A DNA stretch of 64,000 bases. Source: Squalus acanthias. Its lineage: Eukaryota. The notes beneath the pieces were generated by a model, which was not told where the DNA came from, ran no database searches, and saw only the letters and a program-made list of their open reading frames with translations. The position numbers and the translations under genes are program-made. The stretch lies in NCBI GenBank assembly GCA_030390025.1, contig CM059438.1, positions 66,156,001 to 66,220,000 of the forward strand. The letters are read 5' to 3'. The stretch's first letter is position 1; every line of letters begins with the position of its first letter. This document shows, one piece after another, positions 25,945 through 40,004 of the stretch.

Positions 25945-26595
25945 GGGGGGAAAATTGGGTCACTCCCCCTTTGGGGTGCTAACTTCGCCCCAAAGAAATT
26001 AGCGCCCCCGCGGCTGAAATTCACCGGTAGCGCCCCAAGAGGGAAGCGGGGCGCTACTGGAAGCCTCCCTCTTGGAGCGCTGCAAGTGAATATCGCGTGT
26101 CGTGCCGAGGTACTGCAGGCCTTCCTCCCCTTATTAAAGGGGAGTGGCCTAGCGCAGCACAACCCGGGGCCCAGCTGGGCCACCAGGGATCGGAGTGCCG
26201 GCAAAAGAGCCCATCACTCAAGAGAAGTGCCGGGCTCACGGAGCGCAGCCGGCACTCCGCGTGGGGGCTGCTCAGGAGGCCGGGGACGGCAAAGGGGGCA
26301 GGTGCTGGCAGGCGGCCAGCAACAAAAATGGCCGCCCGGCACCTTCCCTTTAATTAGCACCGCCCCGGCCGCAGGTAGGCTCCCTTGACCCTGTCGGACA
26401 TAGCGTCCGGCGGTAAGTCAGGGGGCGCTTCCGAAGATCGCGGCCGGGACGCAAGCGGAGCGCTGCGGGGCGCTAACTGTTACCGCCGCCGCTAACCTCC
26501 CACTGAATTTCGCGGGAGGCATTGGCGGCGCCGCACCCAGGCGTTAGTTGCTTAGGGCACTAACGGGAGGCACAAAGCCACCGAATTTTTAGGCC
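25945..26595. mobile_element. GC-rich MITE inserted into a CR1 tail microrepeat
   Basis: ATA at 25942-25944 and 26596-26598; imperfect termini GGGGGGAAAATTGGG / CCGAATTTTTAGGCC; many GCGCTAA motifs. Confidence 0.65.
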
Positions 26596-26970
26596 ATAGA
26601 TTCATAATGGCACATTCAGCCCATCGATTCCGTGCCGGCTCTCTGTAGAGCAATCCAGTCAGTCCCATTCCCCCGCTGTATCCCCGTAGCCCTGCAAGTT
26701 TAATTCCCTCAAGTGCCTATCCAGTCTCCCCTTGAAAATATTGAGTGTCTCCGCTTCCACCACTTCCGTCGGCAGCGAGTTCCAGGTCCTCGCCACTCGT
26801 TGCGTAGAAAAGTTTTTCCTCACGCTCCCCCATATCTCTTAAACCTTAAATCTGTGTCCCCTAGTCCTTGTACCATCAACTAGTGGGAACAGCCTTTCCC
26901 CGTCTAGCCTATCCAAACCCGTCATAATCTTGTACACCTCTAACAAATCACCCCTCAACCTCCTTTGCTT
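26596..26970 (-). mobile_element. CR1 3' fragment
   Basis: Minus ORF QRRLRGDLLEVYKIMTGLDR..; further minus-strand CR1 ends lie at about 27470-27830 and 28580-29190. Confidence 0.8.
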
Positions 26971-28579
26971 TATCTTCAAATAGCACGGGCAGAGGGAGAA
27001 GTATTGCATTGTGATGTGATTCACCGACTATCTGACAATGAACCCCTACACGTGCTGCACTTTTGCTGGCAGTCTTTCTGCAAGAGTTTTCAGAATGCGC
27101 CAATTTCATGGATGTAGCCTGCCTCGAATGCAACAAATGTGGGCTGTCGTTGCTTCAATAACCGCCTGCTATCTTGTCAAGCGTCCTGTTCCGGAGCAAA
27201 AAGATTTGAACTGCACAGAGTTGTAGTGGGATATAATTTGCAGCATGAAATGATTGCACGCAATGCAATTTACTGTATCAACAGTGCTCTTTTGAGACAG
27301 CACTCTTAGTTATGCCTGAGTATCAATGAAGCAATAGTGAGGAAGATTTCCGGGTTTTTCATAAAATAGCCACAGAATTAAGTGGACAACAGCAGTTGGA
27401 GACCTCACAAGCATAATGGACTGCAGGGGCTTCTGTCTTTTTAAATGACATTTTCTGTTAGTTGTGACTTCAAGAACCAGGAGTAGGCCATTCAGCCACT
27501 CGAGCCCGCTCCCCCATTCAGCTAGATCATGGATGATCTGTGCCTCAATTCCATTTACTTGCCCTTGCTACCCTTAGCTAATAAAAATCTGGGGCTCTCG
27601 GTCTTAAAAATGTTCAATTGACCCAGCATTTACCGCCTTTTGGGGGAGCGAATTCCAGATTTCCACAAACTTTTGTGTGAAAAAGTGTTTACTGATTTCA
27701 CTCCTAAATGGCCTGGCTCTAATTTTAAGATTATGTCCCCTTGTTTGGATTCCCCCACCCAGAGGAAATAATTTCTCAGTATCATTTCAAACGCCTCGAT
27801 TAGATCAACCCTCAACCTTCTAAACTCCAGTGTTTCCTCTCTCGATCATAACCCAGCAACCCCTCCTGGAAGTGTATTTGGGCATGGGCATCAGGAAAGT
27901 ACAAGATCGTACTTGGCTGTGACGCCCCATGAGCTCAAGTAAGCTGCCAATACTCTCTGTCACTGTCGAGGCACACACATAGGTAATGGCCATTTTGGAG
28001 AGATACTGGAGGCTCACTGGTAATTAGGAAGCCCCTGGAACTCCAGCCTGGGCTCAGAACCCTCAAGAGGGGAAGGGGAGAAAATTGGCTTGGGGTGGGG
28101 GAAGAAACGAAAAGGAAATGGGCGAAAGGGAACTAATTTAAGTAGGACAACTTTATTAAAAAAGGAAGAGTGTGCAATCAAAATCACATTAATAGCCTTA
28201 CACAGCTAATATACGCTGCAGTTACATGATTGATTGATCCTGTTAAAACACGAGCAGGAATGGTGGAGAAAATCACTAAGTGTTTCTTCTGCTAACATTT
28301 TATATGCCATTAGCATAATCTTAGCCCACTGGAGAGGAAAAAGCGATTTAGTAATTCAGGAGCTTTGGTGCAATTTATAATAGACAATATAAAAGTTTTG
28401 TGGGGACCCTTATCACCATAACAGAATATAGTAACATGATTACCCATCCCCACTGTGATGGGTTGAGATTGGCCAGAATCGGCTCGCATTTTGACAGGTG
28501 GGATATGTCAAAACATTACTTCTATTACCAGGATAATAATTTGGAAATAAAGCAGACTGTGATTTTATGTCACTGACTC

Positions 28580-29190
28580 AATATAGGAACAGGAATAGGC
28601 CACTCAGCCCCTCGAGCCTGTTCCACCATTCAATTAGAACATGGCTGATCTGTATCTTAACTCCATCTACCCGCCTTGGTTCAATATCCCTTTATACCCT
28701 TTGCCTAACAAAAATCTATCAATCTCAGTTTTAACATTTTCAATTGACCTGGCCTCAACTGCTTTTTTGGGGAGAATTCCAGATTTCCACTAACCTTTGT
28801 GTGAAGAAGTGCTTTCTGACATCACCCCTGAACAGCCCAGCTCTAATTTTAAGGTTATGCCTCCTAATTCTGGGCACCTCCACCAGGGGAAATAGTTTCT
28901 CTCCATCCACCCTATCAAATCCTTCAATCATCTTAAACACCTCAATTATATCACCCCTTAATCTTTTATACTCAAGGGAATAGCAGTCCAGTCTATGCAA
29001 CCTTTCCTCATAATTTAACCCTTTTAGCCCCGGTATCATTCTGGTGAATCTGCACTGCATCCCCTCCAAGGCCAATATATCCTTCCTGAGATGCGGTGCC
29101 CAGGACTGAACGCAGTATGCCAGATGTGGTCTAACCAGAGCTTTACACAGCTGTAGCATAACTTCCACCCCTTTGTATTCCTGCACCCTT
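28580..29190 (-). mobile_element. CR1 3' fragment
   Basis: Minus ORF LVRPHLAYCVQSWAPHLRKDILALEG..RGDIIEVFK. Confidence 0.85.
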
Positions 29191-30011
29191 GAGATGATTA
29201 CAATGTGAGGGGAAAGTTCTGTCCTACTTAACAAGGTTGAGTTGAGAAAAGTGAATGGTATATTGTCTGTAGACTGTGATTCGCAGATCAGTTTGAATTG
29301 CTTATGATGTGCTGAGATCAATTAGTTTAATCCATCCTGTGTACAGGATCAGTTATTTCGCTTCCGCCATTGGACGATTGCCTTCCTGTGCTCTTCTGTC
29401 CGGGTGTATGTGTTCAATGTGTGTCAAGCACGTGCCAAAAATCCCAACTCGAAACAGAAAATGGTGGAAAGCAACAGCCGATCCTTTCTCATCTGAAACA
29501 GGAAAAGACCGGGTGAATGATTCAGGTGGAGACTCTTTGTCAACTCTGCTCGGAGGTCTACACCTGAAACGTTAACGTGGCTCTTCTCTGTCATGTGCTG
29601 AGGTGCCTGCTTTGTAATATCCAGCATTTTCTGTTGTTTGGATTTATAATACTTCCAGTTTAAGAAAAAAACTCATCGTGGGATGTGGGCGAACCTGACA
29701 AGCTTGCATTTATTGCCCGTCCCTAGTTTCCCTCAGAAGGCGTTGGTAGACCTTCTTCTTGAACCACTGCAAGTCTGGTGATGGTGGTCCCACATGTTAG
29801 GGAATTTCAGGATTTTGAAATGATGGAAAGAACGGAGATGTATATCAAGTCAGGTGTTTGCCTTGGAGGTGATGGTGTTCCTATGCTATTTCTGCCCTTG
29901 ACCTTCTCGTTGCTATGGGATTTCAGGGTTGACAGGTGCTGTTGCCATTCTATTTCCTTTCAGAGGAGCGCGATTGATCTTGACTGATGTGCCTGTTTGC
30001 TTCGTTTGCAG

Positions 30012-31152
30012 GACAGTCCATCAGTGGCTGAACCGAGTCCAGTCGTTTTTGTACTGCAGTGAAAACGGTTACTGGGGCACCTTCCTGGAGAGCCAGAAGA
30101 CCTGCGTGTGCCACACCGTGGCGAACGTGTGCCAGCGACCCATCCCCTGCAACATCGGCAGCAACAGCAGCTGCGCCATGTGCAGCCTGGCCAACATCTC
30201 CCTCTGCGGCTCGTGCAACCGGGGCTTCAAGCTGTACCGGGGCCGCTGTGAGCCTCAGAACGTGGACTCGGAGCGCAGCGAGCAGTTCGTGAGCTTTGAG
30301 ACGGAGCTGGACTTCCACGACCTGGAGCTGAATTACCTCCTGGCGAAAAAGGACTCCCGGCTGTCCATCCAGACCATGTTCATCAGCAACGAGATCCGCC
30401 TGGACACCTTTTTCGACCCCCGGTGGCGGAAGCGGATGTCGCTGACCCTCAAAAGCAACAAGAACCGCGTGGATTTCATCCACATGGTGGTGGGCCTCTC
30501 CATGAAAATCTGCCAGATGAGGAACAGCAGCCTGGACCCGGTGTTTTTTGTTTACATTAACCCCTTCAGCGGCAGCCATTCGGAGGGCTGGAACACGCCG
30601 ATCGGCGAGCACGGCTACCCCAGCTGGGAGAAAACGAGACTGCACGACTCGCCCTGCTACAACTGGACCCTGCTGCTGGGCAACAGGTGGAAGACGGTCT
30701 TCGAGACGGTGCACGTCTACCTGCGCAGCCGGGCCAAGCTGCCGGCCGCCCTGCGCAACGAGACGGCCCAGGGCCCGGTGGACCTCTCGGACCCCAGCAA
30801 GCGGCAGATCTACATCAAGATCTCGGACGTGCAGGTGTACGGCTACAGCCTGCGCTTCAACACCGACCTGCTGCGCAGCGCGGTCCAGCAAGTCAACCAG
30901 TCGTACGCGCAGGGGAGCCAGTTCCACTCCTCGTCCTCGGTCATGCTGCTGCTCCTGGACATCCGGGAGCGCATCAACCGGCTCGCCCCCCCCGTGGCCC
31001 CGGGCAAGGTGCCGCTGGACCTCTTCTCCTGTATGCTCAAGCACCGCCTCAAGCTCAACAGCAGCGAGGTCATGCGCGTCAACCACGCCCTGGACATATA
31101 CAACTCCGAGATTCTAAAACAGGCAGACCCGCTGACGACGAAACTTTGTTGA
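30012..31152 (+). CDS. BRINP1: BRINP1 terminal coding exon (1141 coding nt including TGA; equivalent to human exon 8)
   Basis: GTTTGCAG acceptor ends at 30011. Translates (R)[64 protein letters not shown]. The segments [14 protein letters not shown] and [17 protein letters not shown] match BRINP1 rather than BRINP2/3 as I recall them. Confidence 0.96.
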
Positions 31153-32062
31153 CATTTTCCGATGGGATTTGTAAGATGTACAGTTGCAAAAAAAAAAAAC
31201 CAAACACACCACAAACACACCACGGAGCGATTTCTTGGGGAAAGCGCAAAGAATCCTCGGGGACTCAACAAATCGATTTGCCCAAGCATGTTTCTTATCT
31301 CTTCAGACAAGGACACCTTTGTAGTTCCCGCTTTAAGCAAGGGGAGGCCTTCGAGGACCCGTGAGGCGGTCAGGAGTATTCGTTGTGAACTACTGCCGTT
31401 CCAATATATTGTTAACATTCTTATGATTTCCACAGGTGCACATGCTAGCTGGTACCTAGCGTGAATTTGTACAGAAAATTTAACAAAAAAAAAGTTCCAT
31501 TGGGGGCGAGTGGAATGTAAAACAAGGCATTTTAAAAAAAAAGGAATAATGGGGATGTTAAGTATGAGCACATGTGGAGCTATATGTTGGGAAAGTTGGT
31601 GGTTGTTGAGGTTGGGGGGGGGGGAAGGGCAAAATTAGGAGCAGTTTCATCAAGTCTATAGGCCATGTTCAGTAGCACAGTAGGTCCTTCACAGCAACAT
31701 TTGGATCCGGGGAGTACCACAACATACCAACAAATATTTGCCTCAAAGGTCACGCCAATCTCACTCTATGTAGTTGGGCAACTGCCCCCTTAAGTGGTTG
31801 TCCATACCCATCTATTTAATTAAAGAACTGGAACAAATTCAGAATCAAAGGGACCCAGAGGATTTTTACACTGATGGACACAGTGAGTTGAATATTGCAG
31901 CCAGAGAACAGTGCGGTGAATGTTAAGCATTTAGATCAAGAATTAAACTATGCCTCTGATAGTATTGACTCAGCATTGGTTAACGATAAAACAGTCGGCA
32001 CTTCAGCAAAAACCTAATTGGAAAAGCTCAAGAGGGGCCACAGGTCAGCTGGTAAATTGAGA

Positions 32063-32068
32063 AATAAA
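32063..32068 (+). promoter_or_regulatory. Candidate proximal polyadenylation signal of BRINP1
   Basis: First AATAAA I found after the stop codon; ATTAAA variants lie at 31819 and 31942. Usage cannot be shown from sequence alone. Confidence 0.35.
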
Positions 32069-35000
32069 GATTCATAATTTGACAGTGTTTACCCCTCACT
32101 GTTTGATTAATGATTTACAGATGTTTAAGGGCCGTCCGCTGACTTAATAATTCAACATGAGCATCTTTCCCTTCATCTTCAGTGCGAAATGTTTGGAAGG
32201 AGCTGATGGTGTTTTATTTTCTCTCAATAAAAAGAGAAAATGCTGAAAACGCAGAATGGACCAGGCAGCATCTTAAAAAAAAAGAAAAGACCGGCCAGTA
32301 TTTGTGTGGTAGACCCTTCATCCTGTCATGAGATACTTGATCATTCTCTGTCAGATGCTGACTGACCTGTGCATTCCATTACTTTCTTTTTATTTTATTT
32401 CAGATTTCCAGTATCAATTTTTTTTGGTCAATTCAATTATTTTATTTCTAACGTTTTTTTTGCTGAGATTCCCCCTCTCTGTGCGAGGGGATCTTATTTT
32501 GGCTGCAGACTGCTCGAACTCTTCTGTCAGTGTAGTTCTATGGCGGAGTTCTGTGTTGCTTCCGTTTTTCTCCTTCCCTTTGGAGAATCTCCTTGGCCCT
32601 GGTGCCTTGGGAACGATGAACTTCATCACTTGCGTGTGTCGGATTCAAGCATCCAGGCAGTTTGGAACAGGAAACTACAGAAACCCGATGGCAGGCTCTG
32701 TAAAGGGGAAAACTCGATGGTCAAGGTGAAGCAGCCAGTTCGTTTCCTCACGCACCACTTCCCCCGCCTTGCCCCAAATGACGAACAACTGCGAAAATCT
32801 AAAACGGTTAGCACCAATTGCATTGTGGAATTTGGCGGAGAACGAGTCATTTTGAAAGGGATTAGGTTTGAGGTGTTTTGATTACCCTAGAGTCGGTGAG
32901 GCAACAGATAATGATCCCATATTTTATCCCTTTGTATCCGTGGGCTTTACATAGAGAAGTAACTAATCATAATTGATGAAGTACAGCACCCCTGCTATCC
33001 TCAGCTTAGCTTCTATGTGTTGTTCATCCTAGTGTTGGTGATGGGAGACTTACTTTAAATACCGAGCAACCAGCAGCTGTGACTCGCCCACTGTGGTTTC
33101 TGGATCCCATTTCAATTTTCATTATTAACCGTCACTCGTTTTCATAATTCTACCAATCCTTTAAACCTTTTTAATGCAAAGCTTCTTTCGTGAAGATTGT
33201 TGTTGTGACCTATTCATTTATCATGTTTCTTAAGGAAATACAAGAAAAGTGAAAGCTGAGCACTTGTGTGTCGAATACAAGTTCCCCTTCTTTTCAGCTA
33301 ATAGTGTCCTTATTATTAATTTCAGCCTGCCCCCCCTATCCCTCAACACCTTTGCACAATACTGCTGTAGTTTCACCCAACAATTGGATACGCACTTGAA
33401 GTGCCATAACCTACAAGGCTACGGACCAAGAGTTGGAAAGTGGGATTAGGCTGGATAGCACTTTTTCGGCCGGCACAGACACGATGGGCCGAAAACATCC
33501 TTCTGTGCCCTAAACCTCTATGAGTCTATGATTCTAACAAAGTCTGGGTTTCTCAGATAGAAGTGACATTCTCCCTGCCAGGTTCAAGCAGTGATTGGGA
33601 TATTATAATTGGCCTCTGCGCCCCGTGGGCTTGGAAAGAGGAAATTTCCGATCACCATCCATTGTTGAAAATGCATGATGTTTGTGAGGACAGGAAAGGC
33701 CTTCCCTTTAATGCTCTGTTTTATTTCCCTGCCCCCACCACCTCCCCCCCGTTCTCCCCACCAATCCCCCCTCCACCAACCCCCAAAGGATGGAATGTCC
33801 TGTCCATGCTGACACTTGGGTGAGCAATTAGAGAGGTGCAGGTGGCTGTGGAATTCTCCCCCGTGAGAGTCAGTGCCTTTGGTAATGTAAATCATTTTCA
33901 TCACCATTTTCCCATCTCCCACTCTATTTCAGGGTCTGCCCTTACATGTGGTTTAGGTAGTGTATTGGTTTGTCTTTCTGGTTTATGATTTTTCAGTATT
34001 AGGTGGGGTTTGGTGGGTGAGGAGAAACAAATGAGTTAACTGACATAAACCCAGCATTTATGAACATTATATGTCTGCTGTTTTCTCTATCATTGTGATG
34101 GGGACATTTAACTAGGTCCATATGGAGTGGTGTAGCTCGCCACCTTGTACCAGAGATGGAAAAAGCAGAATTGCAAGATTGCCAGAAGTGGTTTCATTCT
34201 CTGCTTAGTCTAGGCAAAAACTCCTTTCCCATTCATCTAACTATTTCTTGGGTGCACTGAGGGGAATATTTTTTCAGGAGCACTGCTGGACTTCAAATTC
34301 TGGATCTCGAAGGCCATTCAGACTCCCATGTCTGATTTGTCGGGCTTCGAGGAATGATTCATGGAATCAAAGTGGAGAGGAAACTGATCATCTTCTCCTA
34401 GAGATCTTTAACAGGCTTTGTAAATATTATAATATAGGACTTGCTCAATGTGCTTGTCTCATTTTGTGCGAGAACCTCAGTACAACATCAACAGCATGAT
34501 GGCCAACTTGGAAAGTGCAGATCCTTTCCTTAGTGTCCAATTGTAGTGTTTATCTTTCTAATTACTTGAAGTTTCCATGTCCAATGCACAGCGATCAAAC
34601 ACCCATTACGCGCTCTCAATTTCATCTTTTGCAGTTCCAATTTTATTATTTTCTGCCCAATCTGATCAATAATGGATGTGGACACAGTTTGATCTGAACG
34701 TGGCCTTGAGTGATCACATCAGTAGTTGAAGCCTTTTCAGGAGAACCGGCACAGAATGATAAACACAGGTACAATTTTGACCCAGACTTAGATGTGGAGA
34801 ATACTGTCAAATCGGTTTAACTCTTGAATCTTGGAAGATTTAATCAGTTAGACTTTTTTCCCCCTTCAGAGCCTGCCTGTCTTTGCTTTATCACGCTAGT
34901 TATTTCCACTGTTGAATACTCTCCATCAACAGCCCATAAAATGACAAGTACAAGGCTGAAGGCATTCCGGTGATTGAGAATAAAACCCTGGATTCGTTTA

Positions 35001-36325
35001 CTAAAATCTATAAAATATTGTGTGATACCCATTATGCTTCTAAAGGGATGGTTTAACAGTGGCAACTAGCAAAGTAACTGCTGGTGAGAAACTTGGTATC
35101 CAATGTTAGTTATAATTCACCATCGCCCAGTTGTTTCGTCCCCGTTTTATATACAGTGTTTGCAATGCAACTGCCTGTGTTCTAAATACCCCGTGTTGTG
35201 AAGATTTGAGGACTGCGGCAGAACAGGAACGACTGAGCATGTGCGAATATTTATGCAGGCGCAGTTACTCAAATGTAGCACTTTCGACTTTCGACATCCG
35301 GCCACAGACATTCCCCAGTGTCAAATCAAATTGACGGCCAATAATGTTTGTCCACTGGCGGCATTTTATTTTCCAGTCCAGGAGCAGAACTATTGCGTGA
35401 CATGGTGGTCTGTGTATCTAAAGACACTGTTGTCACCTCACTTGTACTGCAGCAGTGCATCTGAAGGGTGGAGGTGCTGTTGTAATATAAATGGGGCGTC
35501 AAGTTACCGTACTAAGTGATAGAACAGCAGTTGGCTAGCTGGGTGTTTAAACATGTTGGAGATCTCCACTGTGAAGAAAGACAACTGCCTTGATTTCCTT
35601 GTGGTCTGAAAACAAAATTGCATGCTATGTGGAGATTGTATCATGCGGAGAACAGGCCAACTGACTGTTTTGGAGGAGAGGGGGGCCATGAGATGGGGTC
35701 AGGGAGCTATTATCTTAGACATGTTGTTACTCAATTGGTCACCGATATAAGAAGGGAATATCTTGCCCAAGCAGTTCTCAGCAGCGTGAATGTAAACGCA
35801 GATTTGCTCCAAGTGGGCTTCAGCACGAAGGAAACCGATATTTCACTCTGAAAATGTTCTGATTGAGCAAAGAGGAAAATCCAAGTGCTACCCACACAGC
35901 GACTATGAATGAGGAGCGAGTGGCATTGATTCAGTACTTGAGCAACATTCTCCTAGAGGGCATAGTCACCCGATGAGATGTCTCAGGAGGCACTCTGCTT
36001 GCTTCGTAAGCGGAGTTGTGTGTCACAGTGGCCATCACCTGTGATGTTGTCATGCCATCTGTCACTTCACTTCCTTGATCTACTTTCACATTCATTTAAA
36101 AGTTTAATAAAAGAATTGCACAGTGCCAATCTGTGTAGCAGTGATGATGCGTTCTCTGCATTGGGATCTTGTTTTCTCCTGCGAACCCACATTTTCATGG
36201 CATACTTATTCTTGCGTGGCTTGAAAAACTTTGCCAACCGAAGGATGATGGCCCTTTAAAAACGCTCAACTGAGCGGAACAATAAAACTAATTCGGTGAC
36301 AACTTCTTCAGTCACAGCAATGTGC

Positions 36326-36767
36326 AGCCGTGGTAGCACGCTCGCCTCTGTGTCAGAAGGTTGTGTGTTCAAGTCCCACTCCTGATACTTGAGCACAAAA
36401 AGGACTGAGGGAGCGCTGCACTGTCACACATGCCATCCTTCGGCTGAGATTTTAAACCAAGTCCTCGTCTGCCTTCTCAGATGGACATAAAAGATCCCTT
36501 GGCATGATTTTGAAGAAGAGCGGGGGAGTTCTCCCCAGTGTCCTGGCCAACATTTATCCCTCAACCAACGTCACTGAAAAACACCCAGATTATTTGGTCA
36601 TTATCACATTGCTGTTTGTGGGAGCTTGCTGTGCAGAATTTGATTGCTGCATTTCCCACATTACAACAGTGACTACACTTCAAAAGTACTTCATTGGCTG
36701 TAAAGTGCTTTGGGACGTCCTGAGGTTGTGAAAGGCGCTATAGAAATACAAGTCTTTTCTTTCTTTC
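36326..36767 (+). mobile_element. Deu-domain SINE (SacSINE1-like), near full length
   Basis: tRNA-like head GTGGTAGCACGCTCGCCTCTG..GTTCAAGTCCC, Deu core, and tail GAAAGGCGCTATAGAAATACAAGTCTTTT. Confidence 0.78.
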
Positions 36768-39700
36768 TGTGATTGGAAGTGTTTCACAGAAGGCAATTTA
36801 TGGCGGTGAAAAGGTTCAACCTGATCTTAGTGAAGATAAGTCACATTTTTACTGCTGTGAAGTTCTGTTTCAGTCGATAATAATTCATGTTCATGCTATC
36901 GCATTCAGTTATATTAAAAGCAGGCACTATCCCTATTCAATTATTGATGGCGTGTCTCCTGCCATTATGCATGTGAGCAATTGAAGCACTCCACTGAAGC
37001 TAATTATCACTTAAAAACCAAACGTAGTAAAATGAGTAACTAGAAATCAGTTAATCGCTGCGTTATTTAAAATGGTGTACACTCTTTAAAAAAAAAAACT
37101 ACTGATTGTCAAGATTCATAACTGCCACGGTACAAGAGAAAATTAAACCGGTGTCGAGGGAAATTTGTAAATTTTGTGCACAGTGCAAGCTGAGAAATTG
37201 GGGGCGGGGCAGGCTGTGGTGATTTTCATTTTAAAAGATTGATTTATAGAGAAGCTTTACCTAAAGGGGTCATCTAATTCAGAGCTGTCCCGAAGGAAGT
37301 ACCCATACATTTGCTGGTGTCTCTCGGACCCCTCTGATTTTGTGGTGTCACTTCAAGTGGAAGACCATTCGTAACATGAAGTGATTGCTGATTTTCCAGG
37401 TTTTTTTAAATTCGTTTTATAGGACGTGGGCGTCGCTGGCAAGGCCAGCATTTATTGCCCACCCCATTTACACGGTGTCGCCAATTCGAAGACCTGAGCT
37501 GCAACTGAACATCCATTCCTGGAGAGGTGGCATCCCTTGCCGCTGGATGATGCATGCGTGCTGCCTACTTTACATCACAGCTTTGCGTCTAAAGGCACGT
37601 GATCTGACATATTATAACAGCAGTTACTAGCTCAATATAAATGGACTGTCGGTCTGTTCTAGTTGTGGTATTTTCTCCGCTACAAGGGCTGCCCAGGGTC
37701 AGGCTGGGAGCGGACATTTTGTGCAGAACTTTTTTTTCTCGTTGGCTCACAGACATCGACACCCATGACATGAGCGTACGGTCGACTGCACTCTTCCCCT
37801 GCTCATGATGTCCACACGAAATATCTCCTCCCAGTGGTTCCTCTGACTAGTGGCCTTCAAGGAGAAACAGTACAACCCACATAAGCTGAGAGACACCATC
37901 CAGTTTTCAGGTTTCTCCTTTCACAACGAAGAGAATTACACGTCAATCCAAGTAGATACCGTTCCCCTTTTGAAAAAAAAGAAAGCGTCGTAGTTCATGA
38001 TCGGTCATTTGGATTGCATCCATAAATCTCCCATTTAGTAAGTCAGAACAGAACTGCTGGTCTAAACAGTTGCTGAACGTGATCCTTGAAAACACCGCCC
38101 TTGAGTCCAAAGAAATGGATTGTTCACCGAACAGTGCAGTTTCTCAAAAGCTAAAGCTGATCACCTGAAGCCATTGTAAAGGTAGCAACCCGCTTGACAT
38201 TGCTGCGCGGAGAAACGGGAACCACATGCGGTCTGTCACAGAGATGTGTCCCCCCCAGCAACCGGGAGAAGATTACTGACCCGTTTGTCAGCTCTGACTT
38301 TTGTTTTACAGTCTCAATAGAATTACGTAGAATTTACAGCACAGAAACAGGCCATTCGGCCCAACTGTTCCATACCGGTGTTTATGCTCCATGCGAGGCT
38401 CATCTCACCCCTCTTCGTCTAAGCCTATCAGCATAACCTTCTATCCCTCATGTCTTTATCTAGCTTCCCTTTAAATGCGTCTCTGCTATTCACCTCAACT
38501 ACTCCTTGTGGTGGCGAGTTCCACGTCTCAGCACGCACTGGATAAAGAAGTTTGTCCTGAGTTCCCTATTGGATTTATTAGTGATTATCTTATATTTATG
38601 GCCCAAATATAAAACCTGCCGCAAATGCCTTCCTTTCACTCTGACAATGGCGCCAAGTGAAGTCCCATCATTGCTCTTTAGTCTGCACACACCTGAACAC
38701 TTGCCAACATTCGTTGAATGAAAACCTTGGATGGAGGGTCACTGGGTTTAAGGGGAAACCCTTGTGAAGTGAAATGATCTATTGCCATTTTAGAAGTATA
38801 AAAAAGAGCTTTATTAATAAATGGCACTGTAAAACAGATGATGTATTACGACAGTTTTCCTGTGTTTGTCAAGCTTCCAGCAAAATAGTAATCAAAAGGA
38901 GGAACTCAAGCATACGGTTTAAACCTGGGCGCTCCGTCTGAACAGATAGCAAGTATGCAACTGTTATCGGCAACATTGCGACTGAACAAATGCGAGCACT
39001 GCATTTATTGTGATTGTGCGGTCAAATTGGTAGCCTTGAAATGCAAGAGTAACTCATGCCGTCCCCAAGGGTTACAGAATGGAGTATTGGCAGAGGCGGG
39101 CACTCCCAGCTCGATAACATTCATGGATGGTCTGTTGTACTGGTTCAGTGTTAAGCAATACATCAGAGAGCACGGATGCTCTGATTGCTTTACTCTGTAG
39201 ATTATCCTCTCATGTTTGACTTGCCCAACAGTGTTGATGATGGCAGATATACAGCCTGTTCTGAGGCAGAGGAGATTGGGAATAAGAGGGAGGTAGGGAG
39301 AATGTAAACAATACAAAATTAAACCACTGCTTACAATTCTCTGATCGTACTTAAAAAAAAAAGCCTGCTTTATTCAATCATTGCAACTTAACACTAACAG
39401 ACACCTTTTCCGGACTCCCTGTCTTACTGGCATTAACCCCTTCATCTGTAGCTGGACAAAAATAATTTGGAGAGAAACAAAAAATGAGTCCTGAATAAAC
39501 CAGTGATTTGTTTTGGATGAAAGAGGATTGAAGAGATTTTGAATGTCTTGGATGGACCTGGTATATGAAATCACTGGATATCATTTAACCTGTTTGAATA
39601 CAAAAAAAATCTGCCTGTGGATGTTGTCTGTCGGTCAACTTGCCTTTTTAATTCTTATGCTGTGGAGGTGTGACGTGTTTGTATCTTTTAATGTAGCAGA

Positions 39701-39774
39701 CTTAAGACTTTCCACAGTGCTGTTAATATGTGAAAAAAAATTGAAAATGGCAACAATTAAGATGTGTATGCTTC

Positions 39775-39780
39775 AATAAA
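39775..39780 (+). promoter_or_regulatory. Candidate distal polyadenylation signal
   Basis: AATAAA preceded by U-rich sequence with TGTA motifs and followed by GT-rich GTGTGTTACAGTGTAC. Confidence 0.35.
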
Positions 39781-40004
39781 CTGTTTTCTAATAGCTGGCA
39801 GTGTGTTACAGTGTACGTACTAAATATATAGAGATTGACTTCTCATCATGTCGCAGCAGTACCAGAACAGTAAACACTAAATAAAAGAGAGAGACTATTT
39901 ATTAATCCTGTCGCTGATGCGTTGTGTTTATGCAAGAGCTGTTTTAAAAAAAAAACATTTTGGGATTGTTCTCTGTTACAACACATAATCTCACACCATT
40001 GGGA

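Noticed and set aside
25945..26595. CpG-island promoter of an intronic gene (also 50176-50921 and 51565-51959)
   Set aside because: The CpG-rich patches coincide with MITE boundaries and shared family motifs, and I found no associated exons.
29929..30011. N-terminal extension of the 407-aa ORF, and likewise the ATG-started extension at 18733
   Set aside because: Intronic read-through upstream of the splice acceptors; BRINP1 similarity starts at 30012 and 18764.
29950..31086. 378-aa antisense ORF and other overlapping ORFs (30548-31117, 30687-31364, 30843-31571) over the BRINP1 last exon
   Set aside because: These are expected shadows of a GC3-rich coding exon. The translations are compositionally biased and have no recognisable domain.
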